From: an uncultured Bryobacteraceae bacterium
GTDB taxonomy: Bacteria > Acidobacteriota > Terriglobia > Bryobacterales > Bryobacteraceae
Direction of reading: 5' to 3'
Assembly (NCBI GenBank): GCA_964248405.1
Contig: CAXTYH010000005.1
Coordinates: 41,631 to 105,630 of the forward strand
DNA length: 64,000 nt
Shown piece by piece: positions 32,545 to 43,697 of this stretch; the first letter of the stretch is position 1; each line of letters opens with the position of its first letter. The position numbers and the translations under genes are program-made. The notes below the pieces were generated by a model. The model saw nothing but the letters and a program-made list of their open reading frames with translations, had not been told where the DNA came from and made no database searches.

Positions 32545-33816
32545 CTAGCTCTTACCCAGGTGCAAGAGGGGCTTGAAGTTGATCTGCAGTCCGGTATTGA
32601 ACGCCGTTTGATTCCAAATGAATCCGTCCCGAGCGTAGTTGTAATCAAGCAGGTGGGAATAGTAGCCGAACAGGCTTACAGAAGAATTTAGCTTCACGGT
32701 TGCTCGGACGAACGGCCGCTTACCCATCCCATATTGATCGCCGTTCAAAGCGAATGCCCAGATGGAATTGTTCCCATTGTGGGCGTAGACGTCGTAATTC
32801 GTGTCTACTGACGCATAACCTGCCTGCAAAACTACTTTCTTTTTGATCGTTTTGTCGGCGGTGATAGCGAAACCGTTTCCCGAAGCGTAATTGTCAGTAT
32901 CCACATTGTTGGCGTCGAAAGGTCGCTGGTAGGCTTCGAAGCGAATTGAATCTGCCGCTTTGGCCCAATTGGTTTTAACGTTCACGGCCTCGCGGACCGT
33001 ATGTGTGACCAGGTAGGTGTAATCAGTCGAGACCTCAAGCCAACGAGCCAGCTTTTTCCGCAGCAGGAACTGGTGGTAGTTTGCCTGACCGAGCCGGTTG
33101 TAGCGGCTGAAGAAATTGGGCGTCATGATGTCGCCAACATAGCCGTAAGTAACCGAGACTTCGTCGAAATATAAATGAGCCGGCTTGTGAACCAGAAGTC
33201 GTTCGCCGGCCAGATAACCGTCCTCATCGAAGCTTGTGATTTCAGTGTTGACACCGCGATTGAAGCCGAGCGAGCCGTATTGAAGTTCAAGGCCATTGAT
33301 CGGCTTAGCATCAAAATAGAGTTGACGAGGCAGAATTGCCCAACCGCCGGAAGGATAGATTGGAGCCTGTGGCCCTGAATTAACGGCATCAAGCCGGTCA
33401 TCAGCGGAGGCCAGCCTTGGAATCGCTTTCAGATTACCTTCCGTAGTCCCTCCGCCTATGAAGTCTGCGTATGCCCAATCAAAGTAGTGGCCCGAAGAGA
33501 ACCGAAACCTAACAGAATATTTGCCATCTCGGTCCAGTTTGGCCTTGCCTTCGATCAAGCTACGTTGCTGTGCCTGGTCGTATGTGTGCACACCATCCGA
33601 ATCAAAGATGCTTCGATAGCGAAGGCTGAGGCTCAGAGTGTCAACATCCAACCAGCGTGAGAGGGGGCCTTCGCTGGAGTTCAGGGTAGATGATGAACTG
33701 CTTGCTGGGGCCGGAGTGTCGCCAGAAGCTGCGGCATGGACGGAAGAACTGAAAACCAAGCTGATCAGGAGTGGGAGAGCTATCCCACTGAGGCTTTTAC
33801 TGTGAGGTGATTCCAT
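32545..33816 (-). CDS. secreted protein, putative outer-membrane beta-barrel (paralog 1 of 35670..36965)
   Basis: 423 aa. Signal peptide, Ser-rich linker, then SEGPLSRWLDVDTLSLSLRYRS and aromatic/Gly-rich alternating segments. About one third identical by eye to the 431-aa protein at 35670. Confidence 0.55.
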   Translation of the reverse strand: MESPHSKSLSGIALPLLISLVFSSSVHAAASGDTPAPASSSSSTLNSSEGPLSRWLDVDTLSLSLRYRSIFDSDGVHTYDQAQQRSLIEGKAKLDRDGKYSVRFRFSSGHYFDWAYADFIGGGTTEGNLKAIPRLASADDRLDAVNSGPQAPIYPSGGWAILPRQLYFDAKPINGLELQYGSLGFNRGVNTEITSFDEDGYLAGERLLVHKPAHLYFDEVSVTYGYVGDIMTPNFFSRYNRLGQANYHQFLLRKKLARWLEVSTDYTYLVTHTVREAVNVKTNWAKAADSIRFEAYQRPFDANNVDTDNYASGNGFAITADKTIKKKVVLQAGYASVDTNYDVYAHNGNNSIWAFALNGDQYGMGKRPFVRATVKLNSSVSLFGYYSHLLDYNYARDGFIWNQTAFNTGLQINFKPLLHLGKS

Positions 33817-34028
33817 AAGGATAAATGACTTGAAGTATCTCTGCAGCGGTAGTTCTGAAACAGTGCTTACACTCTCAGGCCGAAATGAAAAGGGCGCCGA
33901 GATGGGCTAAGAATTACCCGGGCGAGCGCCTTTTGCTCGCCCCTCAACTACGACTCGCAACGGGTGTTCTTTAGTGAAAGTTGGTTGGGCTTTCCTGATT
34001 AGTGTGGTCGAAAACCCGAGGCGATCAC

Positions 34029-35462
34029 TTAGCCTTGCCCAACGATCAGGGTTTCCAGATGTAGAACCACTTCGCGCATAGACTTTGACTGGCTTTCTAA
34101 CTGCATGCTCGCCGCGGCGCTCTCCTGGGAAGTAGCTGCCGTTCGTTGCGTCACCTGCTCCATTTTGACCAGCGCGTTAGCGATCTGCGCCATACCCCGT
34201 GACTGCTCGGCGGCGCCAACGTTCACTTCATCAACCAGTCGACTTACTTCCGCCGCGTTGCTTGTGATTGCCTGGGTGACAGTGGCTACTTCATTGAGCC
34301 GTGTTCCTCCGGTTCGGGCAGAGACCACCGAGCGCTCGATCAACGTTGCCGTGTCCTGAGCTGCTGCAGAACAACGCCCCGCCAGATTTCGGACCTCATC
34401 GGCTACCACGGCGAAGCCCATCCCGGCCTCACCGGCACGCGCGGCTTCTACCGCTGCATTGAGCGCAAGAATGTTGGTCTGGAAGGCAATATCCTCGATG
34501 ATCTTGATGATCTTCGCAATCTCATTACTGGAGCTGGTTATGTCGGACATGCTTGTAATCATCAGGTCAAGCTTCTGATTGGCTTCCTTGACGCACCCGT
34601 CAACGGTCCGCATCAGCGTGAGCGCGACCCGAGAGTGCTCGGAATTGCGCGCCGTCATAGCGCTGATCTGGTGGCCGGAAGCGGAGGTCTCTTGCAGCGA
34701 GGCCGCTTGCTCGCTGGAGTTTTGCGCCAGCTGACGGCTGCTGGAAGACACCTGAGAAGAGGCGTCCGCTACTTGAACGGCAATGCTGCGAATCTCCTTT
34801 GCAGCACGACCAAGGGTTTGGTTTAGATTCCGCACCAGGAGCCAGCTTAGGAGGCTGCCCAACAGCACAGAGAGTACGGCTAGAGCGCAACACCAGATCT
34901 TGCTGACCGCAGCTGCGGAAAGGCCGATGTCGATGATTTTGTTGGCCGAATGGTTATTGAAGTCCACTTCATCCTGAATGGCTTTTCGAAAGGCCTTGGA
35001 CTGTTCGCCGCCGTGTGCGGACCAGAAGGCCCCGGCTTGCTCACCCTGTCCGCTCAGGGCCAGACTCCTAAACTGATCGCACGTGTCCAGGAAACGCTGA
35101 GTTTGCGTTCTGGTTGTCTCGAACAGGGAGCGCTCTTCCTGAGTAATGGAATCGTTGCTCTGCGCTACGGTCTTGAGTACCTCCTTCCTTAGGTCGTCAA
35201 GGTGCGCAACCTGCTTTCGTTTGTATTGATCGGCTAGACCAGGCGTTCCCATTAGCAAGCTGGTGCCCCGGTACTCCAATCCGAGCGCTTGAAGTGCTGC
35301 TAACCGTTGCAGCGCCGGAATAGTCAAGGAAGTTCCCTGGATACTCGCAAGCATCTTGCTTCCATTTTGTAAGGCGACTGCCGTAGTAATCACAGAAAGA
35401 GCTACAAGGCTTATACAGGTGAGAGCCACCTTCTTTCCAACCGTCACTTGATTCGTCCTCAT
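34029..35462 (-). CDS. methyl-accepting chemotaxis protein
   Basis: 477 aa. Two TM segments flanking a ~170-aa sensor domain, and the highly conserved signalling hairpin [37 protein letters not shown]. Confidence 0.93.
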   Translation of the reverse strand: MRTNQVTVGKKVALTCISLVALSVITTAVALQNGSKMLASIQGTSLTIPALQRLAALQALGLEYRGTSLLMGTPGLADQYKRKQVAHLDDLRKEVLKTVAQSNDSITQEERSLFETTRTQTQRFLDTCDQFRSLALSGQGEQAGAFWSAHGGEQSKAFRKAIQDEVDFNNHSANKIIDIGLSAAAVSKIWCCALAVLSVLLGSLLSWLLVRNLNQTLGRAAKEIRSIAVQVADASSQVSSSSRQLAQNSSEQAASLQETSASGHQISAMTARNSEHSRVALTLMRTVDGCVKEANQKLDLMITSMSDITSSSNEIAKIIKIIEDIAFQTNILALNAAVEAARAGEAGMGFAVVADEVRNLAGRCSAAAQDTATLIERSVVSARTGGTRLNEVATVTQAITSNAAEVSRLVDEVNVGAAEQSRGMAQIANALVKMEQVTQRTAATSQESAAASMQLESQSKSMREVVLHLETLIVGQG

Positions 35463-35669
35463 TGTCCTGGTCTTATGTGTTGTCGGACGAAGGCACTGAC
35501 TCTCTCACTTTTTAGAGATTGGCGGGCCGAAACAACTACAACCGACACTGCCATCCCGAGCGAACTTCTCAGAAATACGTAACAGCGATTGAGAGTTATC
35601 GGCGACACGCGCACTTACCCTGTGTCTCGAATTCTAAGTTGCTTTTCTTAGCATGCCTGAAAGGATTTT

Positions 35670-36965
35670 TTGATGAAGAAGTCAGCATTTTGCAAGTTTG
35701 CCGGGGTAATCGCAATGAGTGCCCACCTCTTGCTTGGAGCAGGAGGACCAAACGACGGACTCGCTGCTGAAGGGTCACAAGCCGCTACCGAGTCAGCGAG
35801 TGACAATGTAGTTCCAACGGCTCCGAGCGAAGGTCCGCTCTCACGTTGGCTCACGCTCGATGATCTGAGTTTCGGCATGCGATACCGCAACTCAGCGTCC
35901 ACGCTAGGGATGCGGGATTTCGACAGCGTACAAGAGAAAAGCCTGGCTTCCGGCAAGTTTAAGTTCGACAAAGAGGGCAAGTATGGGGTGCATTTTCGGG
36001 CCTCATCAGGACGCTACTTCAATTGGTCCTATGCGACCATCGGTGGCGTCAATTTCACGCAAGAGGTAGTTCAGTATCATACGCTTCCCCCTGCCGTGGT
36101 CTCTCAGTTCTTCCGTATCGTATCGCTGGGGGACACCGGCAAGGTGCCGCAAGCTCGTGGATGGGAATTCTACGTGCGAGAGCTCTACCTCACCGCTACG
36201 CCCATCAAAGCCCTGACATTTGAATTCGGAGGCCTGGGACTGGAGCGCGGTGTTGGATCAGAGCTAACGAACTTCGATGACGACGGGTACATGGTCGGCG
36301 AGCGTATCCGAGTCAGGGACAAAGAGCATTTGTACTTCGATGAGGTTACCGGCACTTTCGGGTATTTTGGTGACAAGTCTATAGCGAACTTCTTCGCTCG
36401 CGGGGATCGGCTTGCTGAGAACAACTATCGTCAAATATCGGTACAGAAGAACTTCGGTAAGCGCGTGAAGGGCTCGTTCGGTTACGACTGGATATTCGGA
36501 ATTAATACGTTGCGCGAAGCAGCTCGCGTGAACGTGGCAGAAACTCGCGTCCTAGATAATGCGCGGGTGGAGTTTTATCAGCGGACGAACTCGGCCGCAC
36601 TACTCGGCGGAACGTTCGGTCCCGGCAGCGGCTGGGGTCTCGTTGGGAACAAGAGCCTGCTGCGGAAACGCTTTCAGTTAGAGGGCGGTTACGACGATAT
36701 TGATCGCTACAATGGGGTTTACGCCAATTCTGCTAAGAGTGTTCTTGCAGGCTTCAGCTTGAATGGCGACTCGTACCAGATTGGAAAGAGAATTTTCGCT
36801 CGGGCCAGCTACACTCCTATCCCCGTTCTGACCTTTTTCGGGTTCTATACCCATCAAGTCGCCATGCCAACAGATCCCTCTTACTTCGCCCTCAACCATC
36901 AGACCTGGCAAGGCGGAGCGACCATCAACTTCAAGACTCTGTTGGATAAATCCGGACTATTCTAG
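35670..36965 (+). CDS. secreted protein, putative outer-membrane beta-barrel (paralog 2 of 32545..33816)
   Basis: 431 aa. Signal peptide, SEGPLSRWLTLDDLSFGMRYRN, shared blocks (NFDDDGYMVGERIRV; HLYFDEVTGTFGY; SLNGDSYQIGKR), C-terminal Phe. Confidence 0.55.
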   Translation: MMKKSAFCKFAGVIAMSAHLLLGAGGPNDGLAAEGSQAATESASDNVVPTAPSEGPLSRWLTLDDLSFGMRYRNSASTLGMRDFDSVQEKSLASGKFKFDKEGKYGVHFRASSGRYFNWSYATIGGVNFTQEVVQYHTLPPAVVSQFFRIVSLGDTGKVPQARGWEFYVRELYLTATPIKALTFEFGGLGLERGVGSELTNFDDDGYMVGERIRVRDKEHLYFDEVTGTFGYFGDKSIANFFARGDRLAENNYRQISVQKNFGKRVKGSFGYDWIFGINTLREAARVNVAETRVLDNARVEFYQRTNSAALLGGTFGPGSGWGLVGNKSLLRKRFQLEGGYDDIDRYNGVYANSAKSVLAGFSLNGDSYQIGKRIFARASYTPIPVLTFFGFYTHQVAMPTDPSYFALNHQTWQGGATINFKTLLDKSGLF

Positions 36966-37022
36966 CCTTCTTATTGCCGGTCTCCCAAAGAAAAGCAGGG
37001 GCCGGTAGGTTCTGCCCCGAGG

Positions 37023-37063
37023 CGTGCGCCAGTGAAATCCGCTGGCGCACGTCGTTGTGTTTG
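37023..37063 (+). terminator. candidate Rho-independent terminator after the 35670 gene
   Basis: gtgcgccag (37023-37031) pairs with ctggcgcac (37042-37050) and is followed by the T-rich gtcgttgtgtttg. Confidence 0.45.
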
Positions 37064-37271
37064 CCCCTCGGGCAAGAGGGCTCCCCTCCCCTCCCTTGTG
37101 GATCCTTTGAACCAACTACACTCCGCACCTCTATCCAAGGTCAAATTTCGATAAGGCCGAGCTGTTTTTACTCTCTCCTACACCTAACGTTCTAAGCACC
37201 CCGAATTACGTAGATCGCTCCATCTTCACTAAACTTTCAGGCATGGCGGCACGAAGAGAGTAGTAGGTCGC

Positions 37272-38639
37272 ATGCCAACCCTCACAGATCTTTCCACCAT
37301 TGATCAGCCGCTCTCCTACTTTGCTCGCCCAGTCCCGGACTGGTTCGACGAACGGGGATACTCTGAGGCCGACGTTTTAGAGGACATGTCAAAGTTAGAA
37401 ACCTCACGTCGCCAACTAGACAGCTGCGCTCGGGAACTGAGCCGTCTTGCCGAAAGCTCAGGGCAGGGAATGCTGGAGGCGCAGCGAGCCTGTCAGACGA
37501 ATGGTGATCTGCTGGCAACTCTGAGCCACGAACTCCGGACGCCTTTGAACGGCATCTTGGGAATGGCTGGTCTGCTGCTCTCCCGCAATCTCGGCACCAC
37601 GGAGCGAGACTACGTCGAAGTCATTAAACAGTCAGGTGAAACACTGATGGCCTTGACCGACGCCGTCCTCGACTTCTCGAAAATTGAAGCTAACCGGCTG
37701 GAACTTGAGACGGCCGAGCTGAACCCGCGCAAAGCTGTAGAAGAAGCACTCCGGATCATCCAAGTCTCGGCCGACCGGAAAGAACTAAGTCTCATGACGG
37801 AGATCGACGAGGACGTTCCATCTGTTATCAAAGGCGACGCATTGCGGCTCCGTCAGGTATTGCTCAACTTACTTAGCAATGCCGTTAAGTTTACCGCTGC
37901 AGGGACAATCACGGTTCGGCTAGATCTTTCAAAGAATGCGGCCGGCCACGCTGCCCTGCGATTTACAGTGACTGACGGCGGCATTGGCATCAGTCCGGAA
38001 GGGCAGGCACGTCTCTTCCAGCCTTTCTCTCAGGCCGACCCGTCCATTTCCCGCCGATTTGGCGGCACGGGGTTAGGTCTGGCTATCTGTAAACGGCTGG
38101 TTGAATTGATGGGTGGCTCCCTTGGTGTACGGAGTGAGTTGGACGCCGGTTCAGCGTTCTGGTTCACGGTGCCCGCAAAAGCCGCCAGTGCTCCGGTATC
38201 GATATTGCCGTACTCTCGTCTGCAAACGGAAAACAGGCAATCGTGCACGGAAGCTCATATTCTGCTGGTGGAAGACAATCCCGTCAATCAGAGAGTTGGG
38301 GCCATGACGCTAGGGGAACTTGGCTATTCTGTGACCGTTGTCGATGACGGAAGTAAAGCTGTGCGGGCTGTTGCTGAAGGATCTTACGACCTGGTACTCA
38401 TGGATTGCCAGATGCCCGGGATGGATGGATACGCTGCCACCCGAGCCATTCGCCGGAGTGGAACTCAGGTTCCGATTGTCGCTATGACTGCCAACGCGTC
38501 CGCGCAAGATCGGGAAGCCTGCCTGGTTTCCGGAATGAATGACTACCTGTCGAAACCTATGCGCGAAGGCGCCCTTCAGGCTGCTATCCAGAAGTGGGTC
38601 GCCGTCGATCAATCGCATGCCGAAGCTGCTATTGCCTGA
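37272..38639 (+). CDS. hybrid sensor histidine kinase / response regulator (cytoplasmic, no TM seen)
   Basis: 455 aa. H-box [15 protein letters not shown], HATPase blocks ([12 protein letters not shown]; [19 protein letters not shown]), then a REC domain ([11 protein letters not shown] ... [15 protein letters not shown] ... SKP). Confidence 0.9.
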   Translation: MPTLTDLSTIDQPLSYFARPVPDWFDERGYSEADVLEDMSKLETSRRQLDSCARELSRLAESSGQGMLEAQRACQTNGDLLATLSHELRTPLNGILGMAGLLLSRNLGTTERDYVEVIKQSGETLMALTDAVLDFSKIEANRLELETAELNPRKAVEEALRIIQVSADRKELSLMTEIDEDVPSVIKGDALRLRQVLLNLLSNAVKFTAAGTITVRLDLSKNAAGHAALRFTVTDGGIGISPEGQARLFQPFSQADPSISRRFGGTGLGLAICKRLVELMGGSLGVRSELDAGSAFWFTVPAKAASAPVSILPYSRLQTENRQSCTEAHILLVEDNPVNQRVGAMTLGELGYSVTVVDDGSKAVRAVAEGSYDLVLMDCQMPGMDGYAATRAIRRSGTQVPIVAMTANASAQDREACLVSGMNDYLSKPMREGALQAAIQKWVAVDQSHAEAAIA

Positions 38640-38656
38640 CTGCTACAATCATCCGC

Positions 38657-39172
38657 GTGCCCGAGCTGAAACAGTTGATTCGCGAGGTTCCGGACTTTCC
38701 GAAGCCAGGAATCAATTTTTATGACATTACGACGCTGTTGAGAGATAAAACGGGATTTGCGACCACGGTCGACGCACTCTCAGCCCACTACCAAGGGCAG
38801 GAGATTGACCTGGTGGTAGGCATTGAGGCGCGCGGCTACTTTTTTGCTCCTGCCTTGGCTCTCGCCCTCGGTGCCGGTTTTGTTCCGGTTCGCAAGCCGA
38901 AGAAGCTGCCGTCCCAAGTTCGCCGGATCGAGTATGCCCTGGAGTACGGGACCGATCAGCTCGAAATACATGCCGACGCGGTGGAAGCGGGCCAGCGCGT
39001 CCTGATCATCGATGATGTTCTGGCGACAGGCGGCACAGCTGCTGCCGTTACCCAGTTGGTGGAGCAATGTGGTGGCCAGGTTCTGGGGCTTGGATTTGTA
39101 ATCGAGCTTACGTTTCTCGATGGCCGACATAAGTTGGCCGGTTACGACATCTTCTCGCTCCTGCAGTACTAG
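38657..39172 (+). CDS. apt: adenine phosphoribosyltransferase
   Basis: [25 protein letters not shown] and the PRPP loop [17 protein letters not shown] 38657 is preferred to the track start 38594, which overlaps the kinase gene. Confidence 0.92.
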   Translation: MPELKQLIREVPDFPKPGINFYDITTLLRDKTGFATTVDALSAHYQGQEIDLVVGIEARGYFFAPALALALGAGFVPVRKPKKLPSQVRRIEYALEYGTDQLEIHADAVEAGQRVLIIDDVLATGGTAAAVTQLVEQCGGQVLGLGFVIELTFLDGRHKLAGYDIFSLLQY

Positions 39173-39173
39173 A

Positions 39174-40091
39174 GTGCAGGTCACCGTTCCTTCCCTAGCC
39201 AAACTGAACCTCGACCTGCGGATCTTGGGCAAGCGGTCCGATGGATATCACGAGCTCCGGACGATCCTTCAGACCATCAGCCTGGGTGATCGCCTGACCA
39301 TTGGGTTCGAATCGTCAAAGGGCTCATCGCTCTATCTGGATAGCTCCATCGAAATCCCGGATAACCTTGTTCTTCGAGCGGCCAAGCTGGTGATGGAGAA
39401 GCTGAAGATACGGGCTCGGATTCATATCTCTTTGAAAAAGAAGATCCCAATGGGTGCCGGCCTGGGTGGTGGCTCGAGCAACGCAGCGTCCATCTTGCTG
39501 GCTATTCCCGCCTTGGCGGGCAAACCCTTGGCAATCGCCGAAGCGGTTGCGATGGCGAAATCGCTGGGGAGCGATGTGCCCTTTTTTCTTATAGGCGGAA
39601 CCGCGCTCGGCATTGGCCGGGGCACGGAGCTCTACCCGCTGGGCGATCTGCCTCGCCACTCCGCCGTTGTCGTTCACTCCGGCATACACGTCTCGACAGC
39701 TGAAGCTTACCGGGCATTGGGCTACGAGAGTGTTACGAATCCGTTGACTTCGCCCCCTGAGTTCCCTATGCTGGGAGAGTTTCAAACGGTCGCTTGGAGC
39801 CTCCATCGGTTTTCCTTGGACCAGCTTTCCCTGAAGAACGATTTTGAGGAACCTGTCTTTGCTTCTCACCCGCAACTCGCCTCCACCGCGCGAAAGCTTC
39901 GCCGATTGGGAGCAAAGCCCTCGCTCATGACGGGAAGTGGTTCAGCCGTGTTTGGAGTTTTCTCCAGTGCACAAGGTGCGTCCGCAGCAGCCGCCCAGTT
40001 TCCGCCGGGTACAGCTCATGCCGTGCACTTTGTCTCTCGGGAGCAGTACGCAAAACGGTGGTCTCGCGCCGTGGGCCGGCCAAGTCTTTGA
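39174..40091 (+). CDS. ispE: 4-(cytidine 5'-diphospho)-2-C-methyl-D-erythritol kinase
   Basis: PSLAKLNLDLRILGKRSDGYHELRTILQTISLGD and the GHMP motif KKIPMGAGLGGGSSNAA. GTG 39174 lies directly after the apt stop. Confidence 0.9.
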   Translation: MQVTVPSLAKLNLDLRILGKRSDGYHELRTILQTISLGDRLTIGFESSKGSSLYLDSSIEIPDNLVLRAAKLVMEKLKIRARIHISLKKKIPMGAGLGGGSSNAASILLAIPALAGKPLAIAEAVAMAKSLGSDVPFFLIGGTALGIGRGTELYPLGDLPRHSAVVVHSGIHVSTAEAYRALGYESVTNPLTSPPEFPMLGEFQTVAWSLHRFSLDQLSLKNDFEEPVFASHPQLASTARKLRRLGAKPSLMTGSGSAVFGVFSSAQGASAAAAQFPPGTAHAVHFVSREQYAKRWSRAVGRPSL

Positions 40092-40093
40092 CG

Positions 40094-41065
40094 ATGTCTG
40101 CTCCTCAGGCAGTCCGGTCCCTGTTTACCGATTACAAGATCTTCAGCGGCTCCGCCAACCCAGCTCTTACCCAGGAGATCTGTGACGTTTTGGGCTCGCC
40201 CCTCGGCACAATGATGATCAGGCACTTTGCCGACGGCGAGACCAATCTCCAAATCCAGGAGAACGTCCGGGGAGCGGATGTGTTTCTTGTCCAGCCCACC
40301 TGCACTCCTGTGGATCACCATCTTATGGAGCTGCTGCTGATGATCGACGCGTTCAAACGCGCCAGCGCCGAACGCATCACGGCAGTGTTACCCTATTATG
40401 GTTACGCGCGGCAGGACCGTAAGGACAAGCCGCGCATGCCGATCTCGGCAAAATTGGTGGCAAGCCTGCTGGAACGGGCCGGTGCGAATCGAGTGTTGGC
40501 GCTGGATTTGCACGCCGCTCAAATTCAGGGATTTTTTGATATCCCGGTAGATCACCTGTTCTCGGCCCCGGTTATGGTTGAGTACTTTGAGGGCAGGTTC
40601 AACCGGAAAGAACTGACAGTGGTTTCGCCGGATGCGGGTGGTGTGGAACGCGCCCGATCATTTGCGAAACGGCTGCGGTGTCCGCTGGCAATTATCGATA
40701 AGCGCCGGACAGACGCAAATGTTGCTGAGGTGATGAACATCATCGGTAATGTTCGCGATATGCATTGTTTGATTGTGGACGATTTGGTGGATACGGCGGG
40801 CACTCTGGTAAAAGGTGTGGAAGCGCTGATGGACCAGGGAGCGCAATCGGTAAGCGCTTGCGCCACACATGCTGTCCTATCCGGGCAGGCAGTGGAGCGG
40901 ATCAAGGGCTCGGCGCTGGAAGAACTTGTAGTGAGCAACTCGATTCCTCATGGGAGTCAGGCTGAAAGGTGTTCGAAGATCCGGACGCTATCGGTGGCGC
41001 CGCTACTGGCGAGCGCCATACAGTCAATCCATGAGGGCGGGTCGATTAGCACGCTGTTCATTTAG
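40094..41065 (+). CDS. prs: ribose-phosphate pyrophosphokinase
   Basis: KIFSGSANPALTQEICDVLG, VLPYYGYARQDRK and the PRPP-binding CLIVDDLVDTAGT. ATG 40094 is preferred to the track start 40058. Confidence 0.95.
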   Translation: MSAPQAVRSLFTDYKIFSGSANPALTQEICDVLGSPLGTMMIRHFADGETNLQIQENVRGADVFLVQPTCTPVDHHLMELLLMIDAFKRASAERITAVLPYYGYARQDRKDKPRMPISAKLVASLLERAGANRVLALDLHAAQIQGFFDIPVDHLFSAPVMVEYFEGRFNRKELTVVSPDAGGVERARSFAKRLRCPLAIIDKRRTDANVAEVMNIIGNVRDMHCLIVDDLVDTAGTLVKGVEALMDQGAQSVSACATHAVLSGQAVERIKGSALEELVVSNSIPHGSQAERCSKIRTLSVAPLLASAIQSIHEGGSISTLFI

Positions 41066-41139
41066 GTTTTGCAAATACAAGCTGGGGTCCGGTTGCTCGG
41101 TAAGTGGGAGCAGGCAGCCGTCCTGGCAAGAGGTGAAAG

Positions 41140-41811
41140 ATGGTAACTGGATTAACGATCGCCGCCGAGACTCGAGAGTCGCGCGGTAAGAATGAAGCGC
41201 GGCGTTTACGCGTAAAAGGCTTTATGCCCGCTGTGATGTATGGTGGCGGGACAACTCCGGCGGCTTTGGCGGTCAACCCCAAAGAAGTCACTAAGATTCT
41301 CAACAGCCGCACCGGCCATAACACAATTTTTAATATCAGCATTGCCGGCGGTGAGTCGATTCCGGTAATGGTGGTCGATTGGCAGAACGATCCGGTCAAG
41401 GACAACCTGTTGCATGTTGACTTAAAACGGATCGACTTGAGCCAGCGCATCACCGTGAAGGTTCCTGTGATTACGCAGGGCGAACCGAAGGGTGTCAAGC
41501 TGCAAGGCGGCCTGCACGAAATCATCACTCGCGAGATTGAGGTCGAGTGCCTGCCCAATGATATTCCTGAGCAGTTTGTTGTCAACGTAAGCGAACTGGG
41601 GTTGGGCGAGAGCATCCGTGCGGCGGATATTCCCCTGGTGGGCTCGATGACGCTGGTCAGCCCGGCTGATTCGGTCATCTCCCATGTGATCTCGCTCCGG
41701 GCTGATGAAGCAGCGCCGGCAGCCGATGCCGTAGCCGAACCGGAAGTGGTGAAGAAGGGCAAGAAGGAAGAAGGGGCCACCGGCGACGCTGCTGCCCCGA
41801 AGAAGAAATAG
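41140..41811 (+). CDS. rplY: 50S ribosomal protein L25 / general stress protein Ctc (long form)
   Basis: 223 aa. RESRGKNEARRLRVKGFMPAVMYGG and the Ctc-type C-terminal extension. Confidence 0.92.
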   Translation: MVTGLTIAAETRESRGKNEARRLRVKGFMPAVMYGGGTTPAALAVNPKEVTKILNSRTGHNTIFNISIAGGESIPVMVVDWQNDPVKDNLLHVDLKRIDLSQRITVKVPVITQGEPKGVKLQGGLHEIITREIEVECLPNDIPEQFVVNVSELGLGESIRAADIPLVGSMTLVSPADSVISHVISLRADEAAPAADAVAEPEVVKKGKKEEGATGDAAAPKKK

Positions 41812-41814
41812 GCT

Positions 41815-42435
41815 GTGGACGCTTCCCAGGCGTCCGGGTCCGAAGCGATCTGTATTGCCGGCTTGGGCAATCCTGGTTCCCGCTATGACCGGAGTCCGCA
41901 CAACGCCGGCTTCTGGATTTTGGACGAACTGGCCCGGCGCCTCGGCACTTCGCTAGGGAAGGAAGACAGCGGCTGCCTTTGGGGGAGTGGACGGATAGCC
42001 GACAAAGCTGTCATTCTGGTAAAGCCACAGACTTTTATGAACCGGTCAGGTGACGGCCTTAGTGCTGTCATGCGATTTCGCAAGCTGACCGGGCAAAATC
42101 TGGTTGTGGTCCATGATGAACTGGATCTGCCTTGGACAGCCCTGCGGATCAAAGTTGGCGGTTCAGCGGCTGGACACAACGGTGTCAAGTCGATCATTGC
42201 CGCAATGAAGACGGAAGTCTTTGTGCGGGTACGGGTGGGTATACGCCCGAATCATCCCATCAGGGATGTGTCCGATTATGTTCTCGCTCCCTTGGAGCGG
42301 GAATTAGCAGTGGACGTAGAGGAGATTGTGTCCTATACCGCGGATGCAGTGGAATCGATCGTTGCCGAAGGCGCCGTTAAGGCCATGACGAAATATAATC
42401 GTCGCGCCCGAGGCTTACAAAAAGAGGAAGAATGA
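41815..42435 (+). CDS. pth: peptidyl-tRNA hydrolase
   Basis: [26 protein letters not shown] and HDELDLP...[12 protein letters not shown]. Confidence 0.93.
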   Translation: MDASQASGSEAICIAGLGNPGSRYDRSPHNAGFWILDELARRLGTSLGKEDSGCLWGSGRIADKAVILVKPQTFMNRSGDGLSAVMRFRKLTGQNLVVVHDELDLPWTALRIKVGGSAAGHNGVKSIIAAMKTEVFVRVRVGIRPNHPIRDVSDYVLAPLERELAVDVEEIVSYTADAVESIVAEGAVKAMTKYNRRARGLQKEEE

Positions 42436-42917
42436 GAATCTACGAGGAGCTCTTCATCGTTCGGGCGGATGCCACCGACGAAGAGGTAGACCCGGTCATT
42501 GATCTGGTCAAAAGCGTTGTCACCCAAGCGGGCGGCACCATCGATAAAACCGAGAAGTGGGGCGTGCGCAAGCTCGCCTACCGCGTCAATAAGCAGAGTG
42601 AAGGTCAGTATGTGCTGGTTCAATTCACGGCCGGCCCCGACACGGTCCGTGAACTCGAACGCAGACTGCGCGTCAGCGACCTGGTGATCAAGTTCCTGAC
42701 CGTCCGTATCGACGAGAAGATGAAGCTGATTGAGAAGCGGCGGAAGAAGCGCGAGAAGCGTGCTTTGCGAAAACCTCCCGCTCCCCCCGCGATGCCGGCC
42801 ATGGGTGGTGGAGTTCCGGCTTTCCCACAGGAGGCGGGTGGTCCTGTTCCCGGTGCACCAGCGCCAGGAGCACCGGCGCCAAGTCCCGCGCCCGCAGCAA
42901 CAGAAGGGGAAGAATAA
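42432..42917 (+). CDS. rpsF: 30S ribosomal protein S6 with a long basic/Pro-Ala-rich C-terminal extension
   Basis: [19 protein letters not shown]...[28 protein letters not shown] overlap with pth. Confidence 0.95.
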   Translation: MRIYEELFIVRADATDEEVDPVIDLVKSVVTQAGGTIDKTEKWGVRKLAYRVNKQSEGQYVLVQFTAGPDTVRELERRLRVSDLVIKFLTVRIDEKMKLIEKRRKKREKRALRKPPAPPAMPAMGGGVPAFPQEAGGPVPGAPAPGAPAPSPAPAATEGEE

Positions 42918-42929
42918 AGGAGAATTCAC

Positions 42930-43235
42930 ATGGCAGAACCACGAAGCGGTGGCCGCCCGATTGCGGCATCTCAGCGTCCTACTGGCGGCGACAAAGCCTT
43001 TGCAACCGGCAAGAAACAGTACTTCCGGCGCAAGAAGGTGTGTCGGTTTTGTGTCGACAAGGTCGACGATATCAACTATAAAGATTCGAAGATGCTGTCG
43101 AGCTTCATCTCCGAGCGTGGCAAAATCACGCCGCGCCGGATCTCGGGCGTCTGTACTCCTCATCAGAAGCGTCTGAGCGAGGCCATCAAGCAGGCCCGCA
43201 ATATCGCCCTGATTCCCTTTGCATCGCGTGTCTGA
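42930..43235 (+). CDS. rpsR: 30S ribosomal protein S18
   Basis: [50 protein letters not shown]. Confidence 0.95.
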   Translation: MAEPRSGGRPIAASQRPTGGDKAFATGKKQYFRRKKVCRFCVDKVDDINYKDSKMLSSFISERGKITPRRISGVCTPHQKRLSEAIKQARNIALIPFASRV

Positions 43236-43243
43236 GGCCTACT

Positions 43244-43687
43244 ATGGAAATCATTCTTAGAGAAGATGTTGAAAAGGTGGGGGCACGCGGCGCGGTGGTG
43301 AAAGTAGCGGACGGTTATGCCCGCAACTACTTGCTGCCACGCAAGCTGGCGGTGGCTGCCACTGAGTCCAATCGCAAGATTGTGGAGCAGGAGCGCGAGG
43401 CTTATCTACGCCGCGAAGCAAAGGTCATCAGCGAAGCGCAGGATCTAGGTAAGATGATGTCGAATCTGACTGTCACCTTCAAGCGTCGCGTTGGTGAAAA
43501 CGAGCAGCTCTTTGGATCGGTTACAGCGAAGGATATTGCTGAGGCGCTGGAAGCCCAGAAGTATCATGTTGAGCGGCAGCGCGTTCAATTGGAAGAGCCA
43601 ATCCGAACTCTAGGCGAGCATAAGGTGACAATTCGCCTTCATCGCGACGTCACGGCCGAAATCACTGCCGTTGTAGAGCCGGAGTAA
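43244..43687 (+). CDS. rplI: 50S ribosomal protein L9
   Basis: MEIILREDVEKVGARGAVVKVADGYARNYLLPRKLA. Confidence 0.95.
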   Translation: MEIILREDVEKVGARGAVVKVADGYARNYLLPRKLAVAATESNRKIVEQEREAYLRREAKVISEAQDLGKMMSNLTVTFKRRVGENEQLFGSVTAKDIAEALEAQKYHVERQRVQLEEPIRTLGEHKVTIRLHRDVTAEITAVVEPE

Positions 43688-43697
43688 GAGTTCCGAT

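Noticed and set aside
41058-43163. Long antisense ORFs (41058..41870, 42333..43163) across rplY-pth-rpsF-rpsR
   Set aside because: They lie opposite highly conserved ribosomal and Pth genes, with biased Ser/Ala/Arg/Pro composition.
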